A stretch of DNA of 63,214 nt, filler included, from Dugesia japonica (GCA_001938525.1; 6 parts of 6 records of this genome joined end to end with filler, not necessarily neighbours in it); one strand, 5' to 3'. Counted from the whole stretch's first letter, positions 1 to 15,830 are shown. Notes: generated by a model from the sequence alone, not told the origin. A program made the numbers and translations.

Positions 1-1401
1 GGTATTGTAGCATTTTCACGTATATTCTTTCTTCTTTCCCTGGTAAAAGAACCAGTAAACAAGGAAAAGCGACGCCTGATTTGTATTGAACATGAATACT
101 ATATATTTGGTAATATATTTCTGGAACAACTTTAAATGTACCATCTGCTAGCCAAAAATTATTAACTACAAGAAGATCTAAAAGTGTTTTATGACCAAGT
201 AGTATTATGCGTTCTAGGTCATCTACACCAGAATCATGAATAATCCAACTTGTATACATCTCTGATATTTCAAAATTTTTATTACTAGGATTCGCAGGAG
301 CTTTTTCGAGTGTCCTAGCTTAAGAAGCATTTAAGGAACTTTTCTTCGTTAACCATATCTTTACACCATCTGGTGCAGTCACTATATTATCAGCTATGAC
401 TGATCAAGCAGTTACCCCTGGATGCGACATTTTGATCTTCATTATATATGTAAGTTTGTGAGATTCTGCTTCAAAAGCCTATTTTCATGACAGTGGTCTA
501 AAGGTTCATGAATAATCTTGTTGTCTTTAGTATGTTGCAACGATCGACAACGTAAAGTTCTGAATTTTGCACATCGCCAATGGATAGTTTTTAGGATATT
601 TTTACTAAAAAATATGCAATACAATCTAAAAATTATTTAAACCAATTTTAATTTTCACAAAAAAGACTTTCGACAAAAAATGTCTTCTATTAAAATATTC
701 ATGTTTGCTGCAAATTTATTCTCCGACATCTTCCTCCTTCTTTTTTCAGATCCAAAAAATCTTTCACCATCTCTTCACGAATATCTACACATCATCTTAA
801 AACATTATTACGGGACCTCAAGTTTTCGAGCCAGTAACGATTTTCTCAATTCAATAGAAGTAATAAAAATAATAAATGGTAGACCACCAACCGTAATCAT
901 TTTGGATAATACAATATCAAGATCATCATTTTCATTGTTAAAGTAGCTCGATATTTTGTTAATTTAAGTGTTACAGCACTAGAAGATTTATTACATGAGA
1001 ACGTTGAAGTTTCAGGATAAGTAAAAATTATTATAAATAAAAAACATTAATAAATTATAAAAAATATGTCTCGATTCGTCTTTGTCGATTTATTTTTGTG
1101 TCGAATTGTCTGTTTCGAATTGTCTGTATCGATTTGTCTGTGTGTCAATTTTTAATGTGCCGATTAGTCGGTTTGTTTATGTATAAATTCGTCAATGTGT
1201 CAAATTGTCTGTGTGTCGATTTGTTATGTGTCGAATTGTCTGTATCGATTTGTATGTGTGTAGATTTTTCATGTGTCGATTTTTCATGTGTCAATTAGTC
1301 AGTTTGTTTATGTATANATTTGTCGAATTGTCTGTGTGTCGTTTTATCTGTGTCGATTTGTCATGTTTCGATTTATCTTTGTGTCGAATAGTCTGGTCAC
1401 C
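1..1401 (-). mobile_element. Mutator-like (MULE) DNA transposon 5' part: FLYWCH zinc finger + transposase, degenerate, truncated by window start
   Basis: Minus strand gives TIHWRCAKFRTLRCRS...DHCHE (FLYWCH-like, ~485-590) and HDSGVDDLERIILLG...FWLADGTFKVVPEIYYQIYSIH...FPCLLVLLPGK (1-280), the MULE DGTF/YQxYxIH signature. A subterminal repeat array at 1066-1390 ends in GTCTGGTCACC. Confidence 0.85.
1066..1395. repeat. Subterminal tandem repeat of the MULE end (~15-16 bp unit, GTCGATTTGTCTGTGT-like)
   Basis: About 20 degenerate copies visible directly. The C/V-rich ORFs 1098-1298 and 1205-1438 are translations of this repeat. Confidence 0.8.
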
Positions 1402-1512
1402 ATACCAAATATGTATATCCGACGAAATTCACAGATAAACTCGTGATTAAGAAGAAATAAATCATAAATTTATTAAATCAATGAAATTATGCCAATCATA
1501 AAAATTTTTATA

Positions 1513-4500
1513 TCAATTTTCAGCCTTTTTATATTCAACTCTTTCCACATAATGTTCATCATCAACAATTTTGTAAACATACAATAGCAGAGTCGATTGC
1601 TGAATATCCAATAATACAAAAGATGGAGTCACATCACTAAATAAGTTATAAAATGACTTAATAAAACTGAAATAATCGTAAAATGACAAAAATTTATAAT
1701 TGATTAATTCACCAATGAATTTTCACTAAATAAATTTTTTATCCAACAAAAAATATATTGCAAAAATTATCAAAACTTTGACGAATGTGTTAAATTTTTA
1801 GAATAGATAAATAATTTTGATTCAAAAACCAATTCCTATGTTAAATATTCTTTTTCTGTTTTCATTTAAAAAAATTAAAGCTTCCATTTTAATTAATATC
1901 AAATGAAAGTATCATTACCATATGAATTGGTAACATCCATTTTAATTAGATCAATAGCGTTTTTCAGAAGTCCTCACACAACGGCTTTAATTTTACAGAA
2001 TTCGAATTCTATCGAATTCAACATGTACGAGTATGATGATAGATATTCGATTTGGTGATAAAGTTTGACACGAAATCCTGCATAATACGGCAGTTATGAA
2101 CTCGCCCATTATTCATATATAAATGGCAATCGAATCACACCATTTTAATTAAATGTGCATCATATTTGTGAGTATGTTTTAAGCGAGTTGAAATTTTTGT
2201 GTGGTTGGTGATAGTTTTTCTTGAAATCNNNNNNNNNNNNNNNNNNNNNNNNNNNNNNNNNNNNNNNNNNNNNNNNNNNNNNNNNNNNNNNNNNNNNNNN
2301 NNNNNNNNNNNNNNNNNNNNNNNNNNNNNNNNNNNNNNNNNNNNNNNNNNNNNNNNNNNNNNNNNNNNNNNNNNNNNNNNNNNNNNNNNNNNNNNNNNNN
2401 NNTTTAAAACAGGAATTTAATTTGTTTAAAAACACAATTAGTGTTGTCATTGTTTTGATTTTAATACATTTATGGAGTTGAATTCTGATGTTAATGATTC
2501 GATGAGTTTTCCAAACTCACCTAACGATATTAATTCAATATTATTCTAATTATTGTTTCCGAAAAACAAACAATTTTCTATTATACTACCATATCTGAGA
2601 ATACAAAGTTGTATGTTGATGAGTGTAATATGACTTTTAATCATATTACATTCTAAATTAAAAATATACTTTAAACAAATTCATTTTTAAATANTATATT
2701 TTTATTAAAACGTAGAAATTTGAATTTAATAAATATTTGCATTCGAGTTTTATTTATGGATTCAAATTTCTACGTTTTAATAAAAATATATATTATTTAA
2801 ACAAAATTAATTTGTTTAAAGTATATTTTTAATTTAGAATGTAATATGATTAACAGTCATATTACAATGCGTATTTTAGTTGTACAGTAGTGTTACTTTT
2901 AACGTGGAAAATTTTATTTGAAAGTGGAAATTTGTATTTAAAGTGGCTAGAGTGGTATTTAAAGTTAAGTGTTGTATTAACAGTGGAAAGTGATGTATTT
3001 GAAGTGGAAAGTGGATTATTTAAAGTGGAAAGTAATGTATTTAAAGTATAAAGTTGTATTTAAAGTGGCTAGAGTGGTATTTAAAGTGGAAAGTAATGTA
3101 TTTACAGTGGAAAGTGATGTATTTTAAATGGAAAGTTGTATTTAAAGTGGCTAGAGTTGTATTTAAAGTGGAAAGTAATGTATTTGTAGTGGCTAGAGTT
3201 GTATTTANAGTGGCTAGAGTTGTATTTACAGTGGAAAGTGAAGTATTTAAAGTGGAAAGTTGTATTTAAAGTAGAAAGTTGTATTTAAAGTGGCTAGAGT
3301 TGTATTTAAAGTTGTGTTTAAAGTAGAAAGTGATGTATTTAAGGTTGAAATGCTTTATAACATAAATTTTGTATTATATATTTAGTATATAATTAGTATA
3401 TGATATTATATATTTATTATAAAAGTAGAATAAGTGCTATCTTTGACACTGAATTTTATTTGCTAATATCTCACAGTTAGTAGTGTAAGATAATAATTTC
3501 GATCGTGAAATCATCTTCAAAGTCGACATTAATAAGTTGAAATCTGAATTTAGATTTTATATGATGGAAAATAAAGATTCACACAAATATGTGGAACCAA
3601 CATAGGATTTGATATTGAGGACTTCTTTTTTCAAGATTTTGCTTGTTATGGTCAACTATATTCCAAAGATTTTCATTCGTTATTATTAATTACCATTTGT
3701 ATTAACCTGGCCAGAGTCCGCGAAAGAAATTGTCTGCACACGTATAGAATAATNAAAATACCATTTGAAATAGTGAATTCTAGTAAATTAGGACCTAGCA
3801 CTAGGCCTAGCAAACCAGTTCTGTAAATTTCAGTAAGGAAAGCCGCAATCTGATTGGCCAATCGTTTCTATACTAGAAATAAGTCTGAAATTAGTTAACG
3901 ATAGAGAACTGTTGAATCCGCAAGGAAGAAACAAAGACACTGGCGTTAGACAAAAATAAATTTAACCTTAGCTGGATTCCTTCATGTTTATAATAGTGAT
4001 TTTAGCACTGGGGCTTGTGTGTGCCCACCTGCATTCATGGCTGTGGGAGACTGAAGTTTTTTGTACCGTGGGAAGATTGGTTTATTGTGAACTCCTTTAG
4101 TTCGATACCTCTCAAAAGAGGTGGGAAACTGACTTTAAAATACAGTATAATACTCTCTAATTCCACCCTCCTTATAAACAACAAAATTCATAGCCCCAAA
4201 CTTATACCATTTTAATTTCTCTTCTTGTAGTCATATCTTCTATAGATTCACTTTCATTGCATGTTTAATGTCTCTTGATAGTCACATTAGCTTATGTTTT
4301 GAGATTAAAAATTGAAGAAAATGAGGGTATGCTGAAAAGCGATCAATTTAAAAACATGGTGCACATTTTAAAGTTTTATTAGAAATTTGAATTGGGCAAA
4401 CTCCGTTATTTCCTAACCAGTAAATTGAACTCAGATTACTACTTTGATCTAAAACCGTTCGAAGTCATTGATAAGATGATTGGAAAAGCAGTTGGTAAGA

Positions 4501-5624
4501 GCATTGTGTAAGCATTGATCACAAACTGTTTTCTAATAATCAAGCAATGTAATCATGACAGTAACATTATTTTCTTTTTTTTATTTTGAATAGTAACTGA
4601 CCAAAACATTTCCATTTGATTTATGAAAATTATTTATTTATTATAACAGTTACATATTATAATAAATTTTTATTAAAAATGAGGATAAAATAAAAAATTG
4701 ACACTTCCTGATGTCAAGCTTAAACCAGAATAGATTATTTTTTCCGAAAGAAACCAAAGTTTTGATCGAAATTAATTTTTATAAAATATTATGCAGAACA
4801 TTAAAATACAGAATAATTAATAGGTGATTCTTCACAAAGATTTCCATGAGCGATAACTATAAAGTCACATTACTCCCACATTATTAGTGCAATTCAATTA
4901 ACAGAGGTTCGACTTATATTTTTAAGAAAATAACTTAAGTAAACATTTATTAACCTTATTATTCGAAAAGTAAAAACTGAACTTCAAACCAATTAAAAAT
5001 ATTTGGATTTATAAAACTGATTTATAAAAAGAATTTTATGCAAAGCGTTGAATAACATTAAAAAATATTTATAAATTATTGAGTTAATAAAAAATTAAAC
5101 CTTTCTAAAGGGCTAAATGCTCCAGTAGCTGAACCTGGATTAATGAAAAATTTCCCATTCTTTTCATAAGCTTCGTATTTATGTGTGTGGCCAGTAATTA
5201 AAATATCAACATTTAATTGCCTTTGAAGAATAGATAGACTCTCTGAATCTCCCCAAGGAACAATTTGATGCCCATGAGTAAGGCCAATTTTAAAATCACC
5301 AACAGTAATTACCTTAGTTTCAGGGTATGAAGAATTCTAATATAAGTGAAAATTTAAAATATTCTTAAAATCAACATTCTAACATCATCAAAATCTCCTC
5401 TTACTACATGCACATCATTCGATATAGTTTTTAAATAATCATAGGTTTCTTTGGTAGTTAAATTTCCTGTGCATAAAATATGCTGAATCCTTCCTGGAAC
5501 TAAAAGAGTACGAAATTTAGGATGAAGAGAATGCTGTCTATGGGGTATATGAAAATCACCTATGACCAAAACAAGCTTTAAAAAATTATTTGGGACATCA
5601 AAATCAAAAATCAATAATTACCAT
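1513..5624 (-). CDS. VPS29: Retromer subunit VPS29, 4 exons, 184 aa
   Basis: Exons 5622-5624 (ATG), 5384-5575, 5101-5336, 1513-1636; GT-AG introns of 46, 47 and ~3464 nt. Spliced product: M|[13 protein letters not shown]...ILCTGNL...VRGDFDD|NSSYPETKV...[10 protein letters not shown]...GHTH...[13 protein letters not shown]|[41 protein letters not shown]. 555 nt in frame with all VPS29 motifs. Confidence 0.97.
2624..2866. mobile_element. Palindromic (fold-back) MITE in VPS29 intron 3
   Basis: TGTAATATGAC...TTTGAAT (2624-~2725) is the near-perfect reverse complement of ~2760-2866, around a ~30-nt spacer. Confidence 0.75.
2900..3350. repeat. Minisatellite, 19-21 bp unit (GTATTTAAAGTGGAAAGTT / GTGGCTAGAGTT variants)
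   Basis: About 20 tandem copies visible directly. Confidence 0.9.
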
Positions 5625-8286
5625 TTCAATAAAAATTAATTAAGACAAAAAATTAAAATAATTTAATTAAATGGAATCTTTTGAATACCACTATTTGTTA
5701 AATTTAATTTAAACAACTTTTAATTACAAATAATGTTTAACAGTCGTATTAAAAATGTTTTATAAATACAATAATTTAAAATTACTACCTCAAGTTTTAT
5801 TACCATTTTATTTTGTGTAATATAATTTTATAATTAAAAAACATTAAAGGAGTCGTATGTCATTAATTTCAGCGAAATGTATGAGTTTGATTAAACAATT
5901 CGATAAATGTTTTAAATTGTCGGGTTGGATTGTTCAAACTTACTGATATGCAAGGATGAAACTTTAATCTTCGTGAAATCATCATATCAGTCCGGAACAA
6001 AAATAAGTACGGTTAGTGAAAGAAATAACCAACAGGAAAAGAGAAAATAATTAACTAGGCCGCAAATATGGATTGGAGGACAACAATCCAGAAAAAATTT
6101 AGTCGAAAATATTAATTAGTAAAAATTTGCAAAGACGGGAGATTAAATCAATCAATAATAATGGAAGCCATGATATGACAAAGAAAAATGGTATATTGAA
6201 AAATAAATGGATATAATTAGTTAAAATACAGTTAAATAAAAATTCAAAAATTAATTAATAATCACAAGAGTATAAAAGAAAATAATTGATAAAAACTGAA
6301 AAAATGGAAATATCTTTGAAACAAATAGTCAGAAAACTATTTACTACAGAACAATGATATATTTAACCAACATTCGCAAGCATAAATATGGTTTGACTAG
6401 AAGAGACAATCGAAAACAGATAAAACAGAAAAACGAAAACAATGTCATGAATAACAAATTTCAAACAAAAAATTTCACGTAAAACAGGCTAGCCATGTTA
6501 TTGGAAAGTTTTTAGCATAATGTTTTTAATAATGCACGACAAGGATTTTGAATTTGGAAAGTTTTGGAAAATATCAGAAATTAGTAAAACACTTAAGTAC
6601 TAAATAAATGGAAGAAAAATTAAAATACTGAAAAATTGTCAATAGAAAACAATCCAATAAATAATGAATTTTCTAATAAATGATAAGGAATTCGAATTCA
6701 AATGAAGTGTTCTTAAAAACACCAGAAAAAAGAACTTCGTCGGATATAGTACAGTGTGTGCATATATTTAAACATGTAAAAATTTTAAAGTTTAAAGTAA
6801 CGCATTAAAAAGTAGAACATGTAAAAATTTAGAAAAAAACATAAATTATTTGTTGAAAATTTTGTCAGTATTCAGTAAAAGTGCTAGGATAACACCTTTT
6901 AATTTCAAAGAGTAATTTTTTACAGTAAATTTTGATTTTGGAAAATTTTAGACGTTACCGGTGTATGAAAGTCTTACTAATTATATTAATTTAATTACAA
7001 AAATATTATAACAGAATAATCTATAAATATAAAAATCTGAACGAAGTTATAATGAAATGCTGCAATATATTAGAAGTTCAAAATATTTTAATAGAAATTA
7101 TTTAACAAGAAGTCATGAGTAAATTAATAAAAAACTAAATTTTTTGTTGTTTTATAAGATTAGATTGGATTTCTATGATTTTTAACTTTCTAAATTTAAA
7201 TATAAATTAAAAGATTTTGAATATTTTTCTATTAAATCATTTCAAGTTTTATAATTAAAATTACTGTGAGAATAATTGTTGGACTTAACCATTGATTGCA
7301 TTTTAGATTTGATTAAATTAAAAGCTTTCAAAAAAATGTTGTTTTTATATATTTTTAAATAATTAAGTTGTTCATGTGAGATAAGATTAATTAAATTAAC
7401 TTTAATTAAATATTTAATGTTATGTAATTGTATGTTTGCGTGTATGTCTGAAAAATTGAAATGTTTGACTGTTTGAGGATATAATTGCTAACAGGGTCAG
7501 TTGGGTAATTGCTATAATTCACAACACTATATAAACCCATTTTTGTATAAAACACATTTTGATTAGCAGTTATTATTCTATTCGCATTTATATTTAACAG
7601 TTATTATTTCGAATTTTCGACTTTTTTCTTGTTCAGGATTTTAATATTTGATTGATTTCACCAATGTTATGTTGAAATCATGATTATATATACACGCAAT
7701 ACAGCCACGAAAATATATTCAAACACTCATATACAAGTATTCTATCATTTCGCAACATTAGAAGACATAAACCCAATATTCAAATCAACTACTCAAAGTG
7801 CGATATTGACAACTCAACATACGATGTAGGGTTTGCAAATCGGTGAAAAAAACCGATTTTTTCAATGAAAACTAAAAACCGAAGACCCGATTTTTCTGGA
7901 AAAATAACCGGGTAATTTTTTAAAAACATTTAAAAAAACGGATAAACATAAATTTTACACAAGAAGACAAACTACTAGTTCTCAATTCTATAATTTTTTA
8001 CAATTTCAATTATTTTGAGAATAATTGTTGGACATAATCATTGATCGTTTTATAGAATTAATTTAAAATAAAAGCTTCGATCAAAGTTTTTGTTTTTTTT
8101 ATTGAAATTTTGATTGAAGCTTTTATTTTAAATGAATTTAATAATTTTTATTGGAAATTCTAATGTAATAAATCAGAAATAGTATTGTTTTGCAAAATAA
8201 ACACAATTTTGAATAAGACCAGTAGAATATAACATTTAAAAAAGTTTATTCAATTCTTTATAAAAGAAGGTGCTTGAACATAAATA

Positions 8287-8935
8287 TATTTGGTTGTCTA
8301 AAAAGTTTCCGCCGATTTTGTGAATTGGCGGTGAAAAACGTTTACAGATATTTTTACTGATATTTTATTTGTTTAAATATTTTAATTATATAAATTTAAT
8401 AATCACAGCATTCAAATTGCTTAAAGAAGTTAGGCATTTTATTAATAAATAAAATATTATTTATATTTAGAAATGAGCATAAATAAAGAAGAAATTCGAT
8501 ACATCATGAAATTTTATTCCATGAAAGGCAAAAATACAACGCAAGCTGCGTAAAAAAATGGTGCGGTTTATGGTGCAGATGCTGTATCTGATAGAACTGT
8601 TTGGGAATGGTACAATCGATTTTGCTCTGGAAATTTCGACATCAAAGACGCACCTCGTTCTGGCCTGCCAAAATGTCAAAAAGTCTACAAAATCATTCAG
8701 AAAGTGAAGGAAGACAGACATATAGGCAGCCGTGAAATTTTAAGAGAACTTGGTATTCATTACCAAACCATTTTAAACCATTTAGAGAAAGATGATTTTA
8801 AAAAGATACTGGATATTTGTATTCCGCATGATTTAACATGGAAAAATTTAATAGACCGAATTTCAATATGCCAAACATTGCTGAAAAGAAACTCTATCGA
8901 TCCAAACGTCTTATTACGTGTGAAGAAAAGTATTT
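8287..8935 (+). mobile_element. Mariner (mellifera-like) transposon, 5' half, degenerate
   Basis: TIR-like start at ~8287. ATG 8473 gives MSINKEEIRYIMKFY..GKNTTQAA*, then YGADAVSDRTVWEWYNRFCSGNFDIKDAPRSG and IPHDLTWKNLIDRISICQTLLKRN..KRLITCEEK (WVPHEL and TGDEKW equivalents). Stops and frameshifts present. Confidence 0.9.
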
Positions 8936-9089
8936 TATAAATTATAAGAAAGATTTATGGTTTATTCAAATTTTGGCGCAATTTCTTTTTAAATGTATAA
9001 ATAATATTATTAAATACACTATTTTTCTAAGGAAGAGGTAAGAAGGAGAATAGGAAAAGTATGGTTTTATTTTTTCCAGGGTGTGTGTG

Positions 9090-9620
9090 TGAAATTTGGA
9101 AATTGCTACTGCTGGAGCAAGGATAATGGTAGAAAAATATTCTGACATAGTGGCCCGACTTCTACAAAGATACCAAATCTTTTCACTTGGTATCCCGAAA
9201 ATCATGGACTAAAATTATCTGTATCCGATACTATAAAAGATGTAAACCATTTTAAATTTTTTCTGGACAAACTATATACGTTATATAGTCAGTCTTCTAA
9301 ATTTTCTAATGCTTTAGAATGTATATATACTCCTAGTGCACAATACCAAAATTATTCCAATTAATCTCAATCAATTTATTGAAAGTGTGATTCATAGAAT
9401 GGAATTAAGACTTTCTTTTGATTCAAAATCAAAAAATGTTCAACTTCTTAACGATATTTCCACTTTATCAAATCAATATATAAAACTGATGACATACGAT
9501 ATGGAGAACTAGAAGTAAAGAGAATTTGTAGAGGATTTAATATTGATGAGCTGTATGCAATTACATGATTAAGATACTTCGCCGAAAATATAAAATTTGT
9601 GCCGAAGAAATTAAAACCGC
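9090..9620 (+). mobile_element. hAT transposase fragment (KIAA1586/ZNF862-like), degenerate
   Basis: Joining frames gives IATAGARIMV.KYSDIVARLLQRY.NLFTW...HGLKLSVSDTIKDVNHFKFFLDKLYTLYSQSSK, matching the hAT DGA..M / HC..HRLEL region. Confidence 0.7.
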
Positions 9621-9633
9621 TCTTAACTGCAGT

Positions 9634-9733
9634 NNNNNNNNNNNNNNNNNNNNNNNNNNNNNNNNNNNNNNNNNNNNTTAATTAATTAANNNNNNNNNNN
9701 NNNNNNNNNNNNNNNNNNNNNNNNNNNNNNNNN
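9634..9733. other. Artificial scaffold linker (44 N + TTAATTAATTAA + 44 N); identical linkers at 23599-23698, 33116-33215, 43825-43924, 53546-53645
   Basis: The same 100-bp structure occurs five times, and TTAATTAATTAA gives stops in all six frames: a pseudomolecule spacer. Confidence 0.95.
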
Positions 9734-9735
9734 TA

Positions 9736-10268
9736 TATTTCGTGTCATAAAACTATGTATACACAATTTAAATAATAATAACTTTGTTGTTTATTAAAAT
9801 TATTTTTAATTTTCAAAATAGATTACAAGCGATGGATATTGTTTAATTGCTTTTTCAACGCATATTCTCAAAATGGCCTCCGTTCTGGTCCAGGCATTGT
9901 TGATAACGTGTAGCAATGTAATAGCATACACTATGAATCATTTTCGTTGGAATTCGTGCACATTCTTTTTTTTCTATTTTCAAAGTTGAGCCTGTTTTCC
10001 ATAATTATTGCTGTTGAGTTGATCATGGAAAAAATATTAAATTAGATATTTCAATGCGTGAACTTTTACTCATAAAAACTTACTTATTATTGAAATATTA
10101 AAACAAATGCTAAACTTAATTTAATCAAATTGATATTGTTATCAGGAAGTATTAAAAATTGAAATTTTATTTATATCGCATCCTTTTTCACTTTGAAAAT
10201 AAAATAAACTTTAATTAACAATAAACTTATTATTTGAAGTGTGTATACATAGTTTTGAGACACCCTGT
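9736..10268 (-). mobile_element. Internally deleted Tc1/mariner-superfamily element
   Basis: TIR pair GTGTCATAAAACTATGTATACACA (~9740) and TGTGTATACATAGTTTTGAGACACCCTG-TA (~10240-10269). Internal minus-strand C-terminal motif RYQQCLDQNGGHFEN (~9865-9910). Confidence 0.75.
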
Positions 10269-12521
10269 ATTTGTGTTATGCAAATATGTCTGCTTATGTT
10301 GCAATAGAAATTATGAAACTGTCAAATTATTGTTTCTTAAATAACAGGCCAAATACCCAGAAATTAATTTTCACAAATACAGATACATTGCGGCGGAATA
10401 GTTAATAACCATCTAATTACATTAAACTATAAAAAACATTGACCAATCAATAAATTGAGTCTCAATTAAACTTAATAAGAGTCATATGTGGCTCGTGAGC
10501 CATAATTTGGCGATCATTGCTATAGATTTAAAATGTGTTAAATTTTAATTTGGTAAAATTGAAGAATATATATAAAGATATATTTTATTTGATCTTTTAA
10601 GTAAGGTGAGTTTTAAAATGAATCAATCAATAAATCCAATAAACTAAAAAACTCTTATAGAATCATTAATTTTACAAATTTTTTCAAATAATTTATGAAC
10701 ATAAACTAAAGATTTTGAGCAATTAAATGAAATAAAACAGAAATAATTGATTTTAGTTTTTCTGATTAAAAATAAGGTTGATACAATTTACACAAGAAAA
10801 GGTAAAAAGTTAATTTTTTGACAGCTTTAATAAAGGTACGTAAATGAACAATTTTACTGTGGACTTATCGACATTTAGTCTCTACAATATTATAAATTTA
10901 AATGAAACTTGTTAGGAATATTTTTAGAACACATTCATGGTTTCATTATACCAATAACGTATATGTGTGTACTGGAAATGGACGGTAGCTAAGTACATCG
11001 TTAATCAAGATGTCTATCAATAAGTTTCAAAGTACCCAATAATCATGTAGTCGTTCTATGAATTAGCTATGTAAAGTTCTACTAGAAATCCGATAATTAT
11101 ATATAATCACTAATAAATTACTAATAATTACTAAAATCTTGACGTTCTTTGTTTGATATAGATATGTATTTTAAAGTTATGATTTCAACAATTCTCTTTT
11201 TAACAGATTTAAAGCCAAGATTCTTGTAAATATTTATACTATCTTGTCGTCTGCTTTGTACCTAAATATTATATTTTATTTATATTTTCTTTCAATATAT
11301 AATACACATTAAGTTACAATCATATTTAAGCAATATCGTTTTAAGCATTAATTTATTAAAAAAAATTAAATCCAATCCATATCAGTTGTCCAATTAGGAA
11401 GTTCTATTTTTTGTTGAGTATTTTAATAAAATCTGGTGTATTTATCTGATTATTTTAAGAATGTATGATAATGTTATATTATTATTAATATTATTTAAAT
11501 TCAACATATACATCAGAGATGTGAACTTATTCATACACCTAATACATTATATTGAGTAAATTAACTCAAACTTTATTATAACTTCCTTCGAACAAATATT
11601 AGTATAATTGATAAGACTTTTGCTCTAATAATAATATTTTTGAACAAAGAAATTAAAAAATTGCACAAGTAATTTTTAAAGATATAGTAAATATATTTTA
11701 CTATTGACAATTAATTAAAAACCAGGAATTTTAGAAAAGAATATTGCATTTAGTCATCAAGATATTTGCTTATTAATCGGTTACTGTTTTAAGAGAAAAA
11801 TGTCCGTGATAGACACCGCCATTGAAATAATTTATAATGCGGAGCGAAATAATAAGTTTTTAGTAAAAATGAATTAATTCAAAGAAAATTACTGTTGTAA
11901 AAATAAATATTGAATAAATCAAAATAAAGTCAATTCCAACGAAGACAAAGTCAAAATTTAGAATTATTATAAAAAACTAAAAAAAAAATTTGGTTGAAGC
12001 TTTTATTTTAATGAATTCTGAAAAACGATCAATGGTTGCGTCCAACAATTATTCTAGCAATAATTGTAATTGTAAATCAATAAATTATTTATTATTTTAT
12101 TTATTTATTACAAATAATTATCAATCATTTTTTTGCGGAAACTTCAGCAACTGCTGGGAGAGAATTATATTTGAATTATTTATAAGCAGATATCTAAATA
12201 AAAAATTAATGTTCACAACAATGTTTCTACGTTTTCATTGAATATATTTTTAAAAATGAATTTTTATTAAGATAATTACATAATTGAAAATACAAATAAG
12301 AAGTTTTCTTATGAAATTAAATGTGTAAATGTTGGATTAATAAAATAGGTGATAAATATAATAAATTTAAGTAGCAATACAAAACAAATATTAATGCAAG
12401 AATTTAATTATTAGTGACTTAATAATGAATTATTTTAATAATTAAACAATATTTAATAATTTTAAAATTGAAATAAAAAATAATATATAAAACAAAAATA
12501 AAATTAATAAATTTTTTAATG

Positions 12522-12775
12522 CAGTGTTTCTCAACAAAGACTGCGGATCAATAAAAATTTTAAACTTGTATTGCAGACCACACAAAAATTTGCAAACCAA
12601 ATTAGAGAAAGTGCAGATTTGTTGTAGTAATTCGAGGATTAATAAACTAAAAAATTTAGACAGTTTTATAAAATGACGGTGTATTTTTCAGTAAAGATCG
12701 CGCCTAATATGACCCGGTAAAGGGAAATTTAGGAACTACGAGAATTTTTTGCGGATCAACAGTTGACAAACATTG
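12522..12775. mobile_element. hAT (Charlie/Buster-type) MITE
   Basis: Ends CAGTGTTTCTCAAC ... GTTGACAAACATTG; flanks TTTTAATG / GTTTAAAG (degenerate 8-bp TSD). Confidence 0.65.
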
Positions 12776-12783
12776 GTTTAAAG

Positions 12784-14135
<1,352 letters not shown>

Positions 14136-15609
14136 GTTTAAAGAAACTAATAATTAAATTTTGTTTTTACGTTTTTAAATAATTTATAAGAATTACACAT
14201 GAAACTATGACGCATAATTAGTAAATATTATTTTTGATCATGATATCAAAAATAGTTATACCTATGTAAATAGGGCAGTTTTAACTACCTATTAATTTGG
14301 CTTTAGATATAAAATTGTTTTAGAAAAAAGAATATTTATTTGCTCTATTATTTCAGCATTAACTTAACTAATGTAATCGGCTGAAATTCTATTAAACAAA
14401 ATAGTCAGGCTGTATTTTTTTTATTTAACTCAACATTTACTAATAAAACGAGAATGAATTATCAATGAAAAGAAATAGATCATTTAAGAAATATGCCAGG
14501 AATATCCAAATAAAGACTCACGAGTCACATGCGGCTTTTCATAAGTTTTGATGCAGCTTATCAAAAGAAAATGAAACAAAAATTTTTAACTAATATCAGA
14601 TTATAAAATTTAAATAAGGATATTAACATTAAAAAGATTTCTTGAAAATGTTGTAAAAAATACAACAAAATTGTTAATAATGAAGTGCATTTGTTGTTAA
14701 CTTATTTTTGAGAAATTTTAGGTGTTTTGATGATTATTTATATCGTAAGTTAGCTCTTTTTCTTAATTCTCCTGTAAAAAGTCAATCAAAAATCGATTAA
14801 ATATTTAATTTTTTGACTTATTCATGTTTTTAATATTATTTAGGGTTTTTATGAACTGCTCTCTGGGCTTGTAAAATATCATTCTGTGACTCTAAACTAA
14901 AAACGTCATGGCATCCTTGAAATATACCATTATTTTTGACTTTTAAAAGTTTTTAGATTTTAATCTATCACACTGAAACCAATACTGAATAATTCGTCAT
15001 TTATTATTTTATATACTTTTCTATATAAAATATTATTGTCGAATTTACAAATGTAAACTTTATCATTAAATAATGTAATAAAATATTCAATTTCATTTTT
15101 CTTAAATTATTCCTTAGAATAAAATCTAATCAAAATAATGGAAATTCATTGCATTATACAGATCTCATAATTTATTGATCTGAAACAATCATTCAATGAA
15201 GTCTAATATACACATTACTAATCATATTATCGTTTGAAACAGGAACTCTGTAATGTTGAAATTTTGTTACCCAAAGCAGCCAAAGAGTAGAGTTATGTTG
15301 GCTATTGTTTATGTGTATCGTCATTTTTTATTTATGTCAATAAATTCTCATTAAGTCAGTTTATGACCTCAATTTATATGCATAATAAATTCTGAGAAAT
15401 AAAAATAAATAATTTATTTTAAATTTTGTTTAATAGATTTTTCTTGNNNNNNNNNNNNNNNNNNNNNNNNNNNNNNNNNNNNNNNNNNNNNNNNNNNNNN
15501 NNNNNNNNNNNNNNNNNNNNNNNNNNNNNNNNNNNNNNNNNNNNNNNNNNNNNNNNNNNNNNNNNNNNNNNNNNNNNNNNNNNNNNNNNNNNNNNNNNNN
15601 NNNNNNNNN

Positions 15610-15665
15610 ATTATAATTAATTATAATTAATAATAAAAATAAAAATGATAATAATAATAATAATG

Positions 15666-15711
<46 letters not shown>

Positions 15712-15761
15712 NNNNNNNNNNNNNNNNNNNNNNNNNNNNNNNNNNNNNNNNNNNNNNNNNN

Positions 15762-15822
<61 letters not shown>

Positions 15823-15830
15823 TAATAATA
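15610..15830. repeat. (AAT)n microsatellite with gaps; others at 33216-33283 and 42646-42716
   Basis: Direct trinucleotide repeat. Confidence 0.95.

Noticed and set aside
5354-5614. ORF-track 86-aa protein as a complete gene
   Set aside because: It is exon 2 of VPS29 read through the flanking intron sequence.
9678-9689. Recurrent TTAATTAATTAA palindrome between N runs
   Set aside because: Artificial six-frame-stop scaffold spacer with identical 44-12-44 structure each time; not biological.
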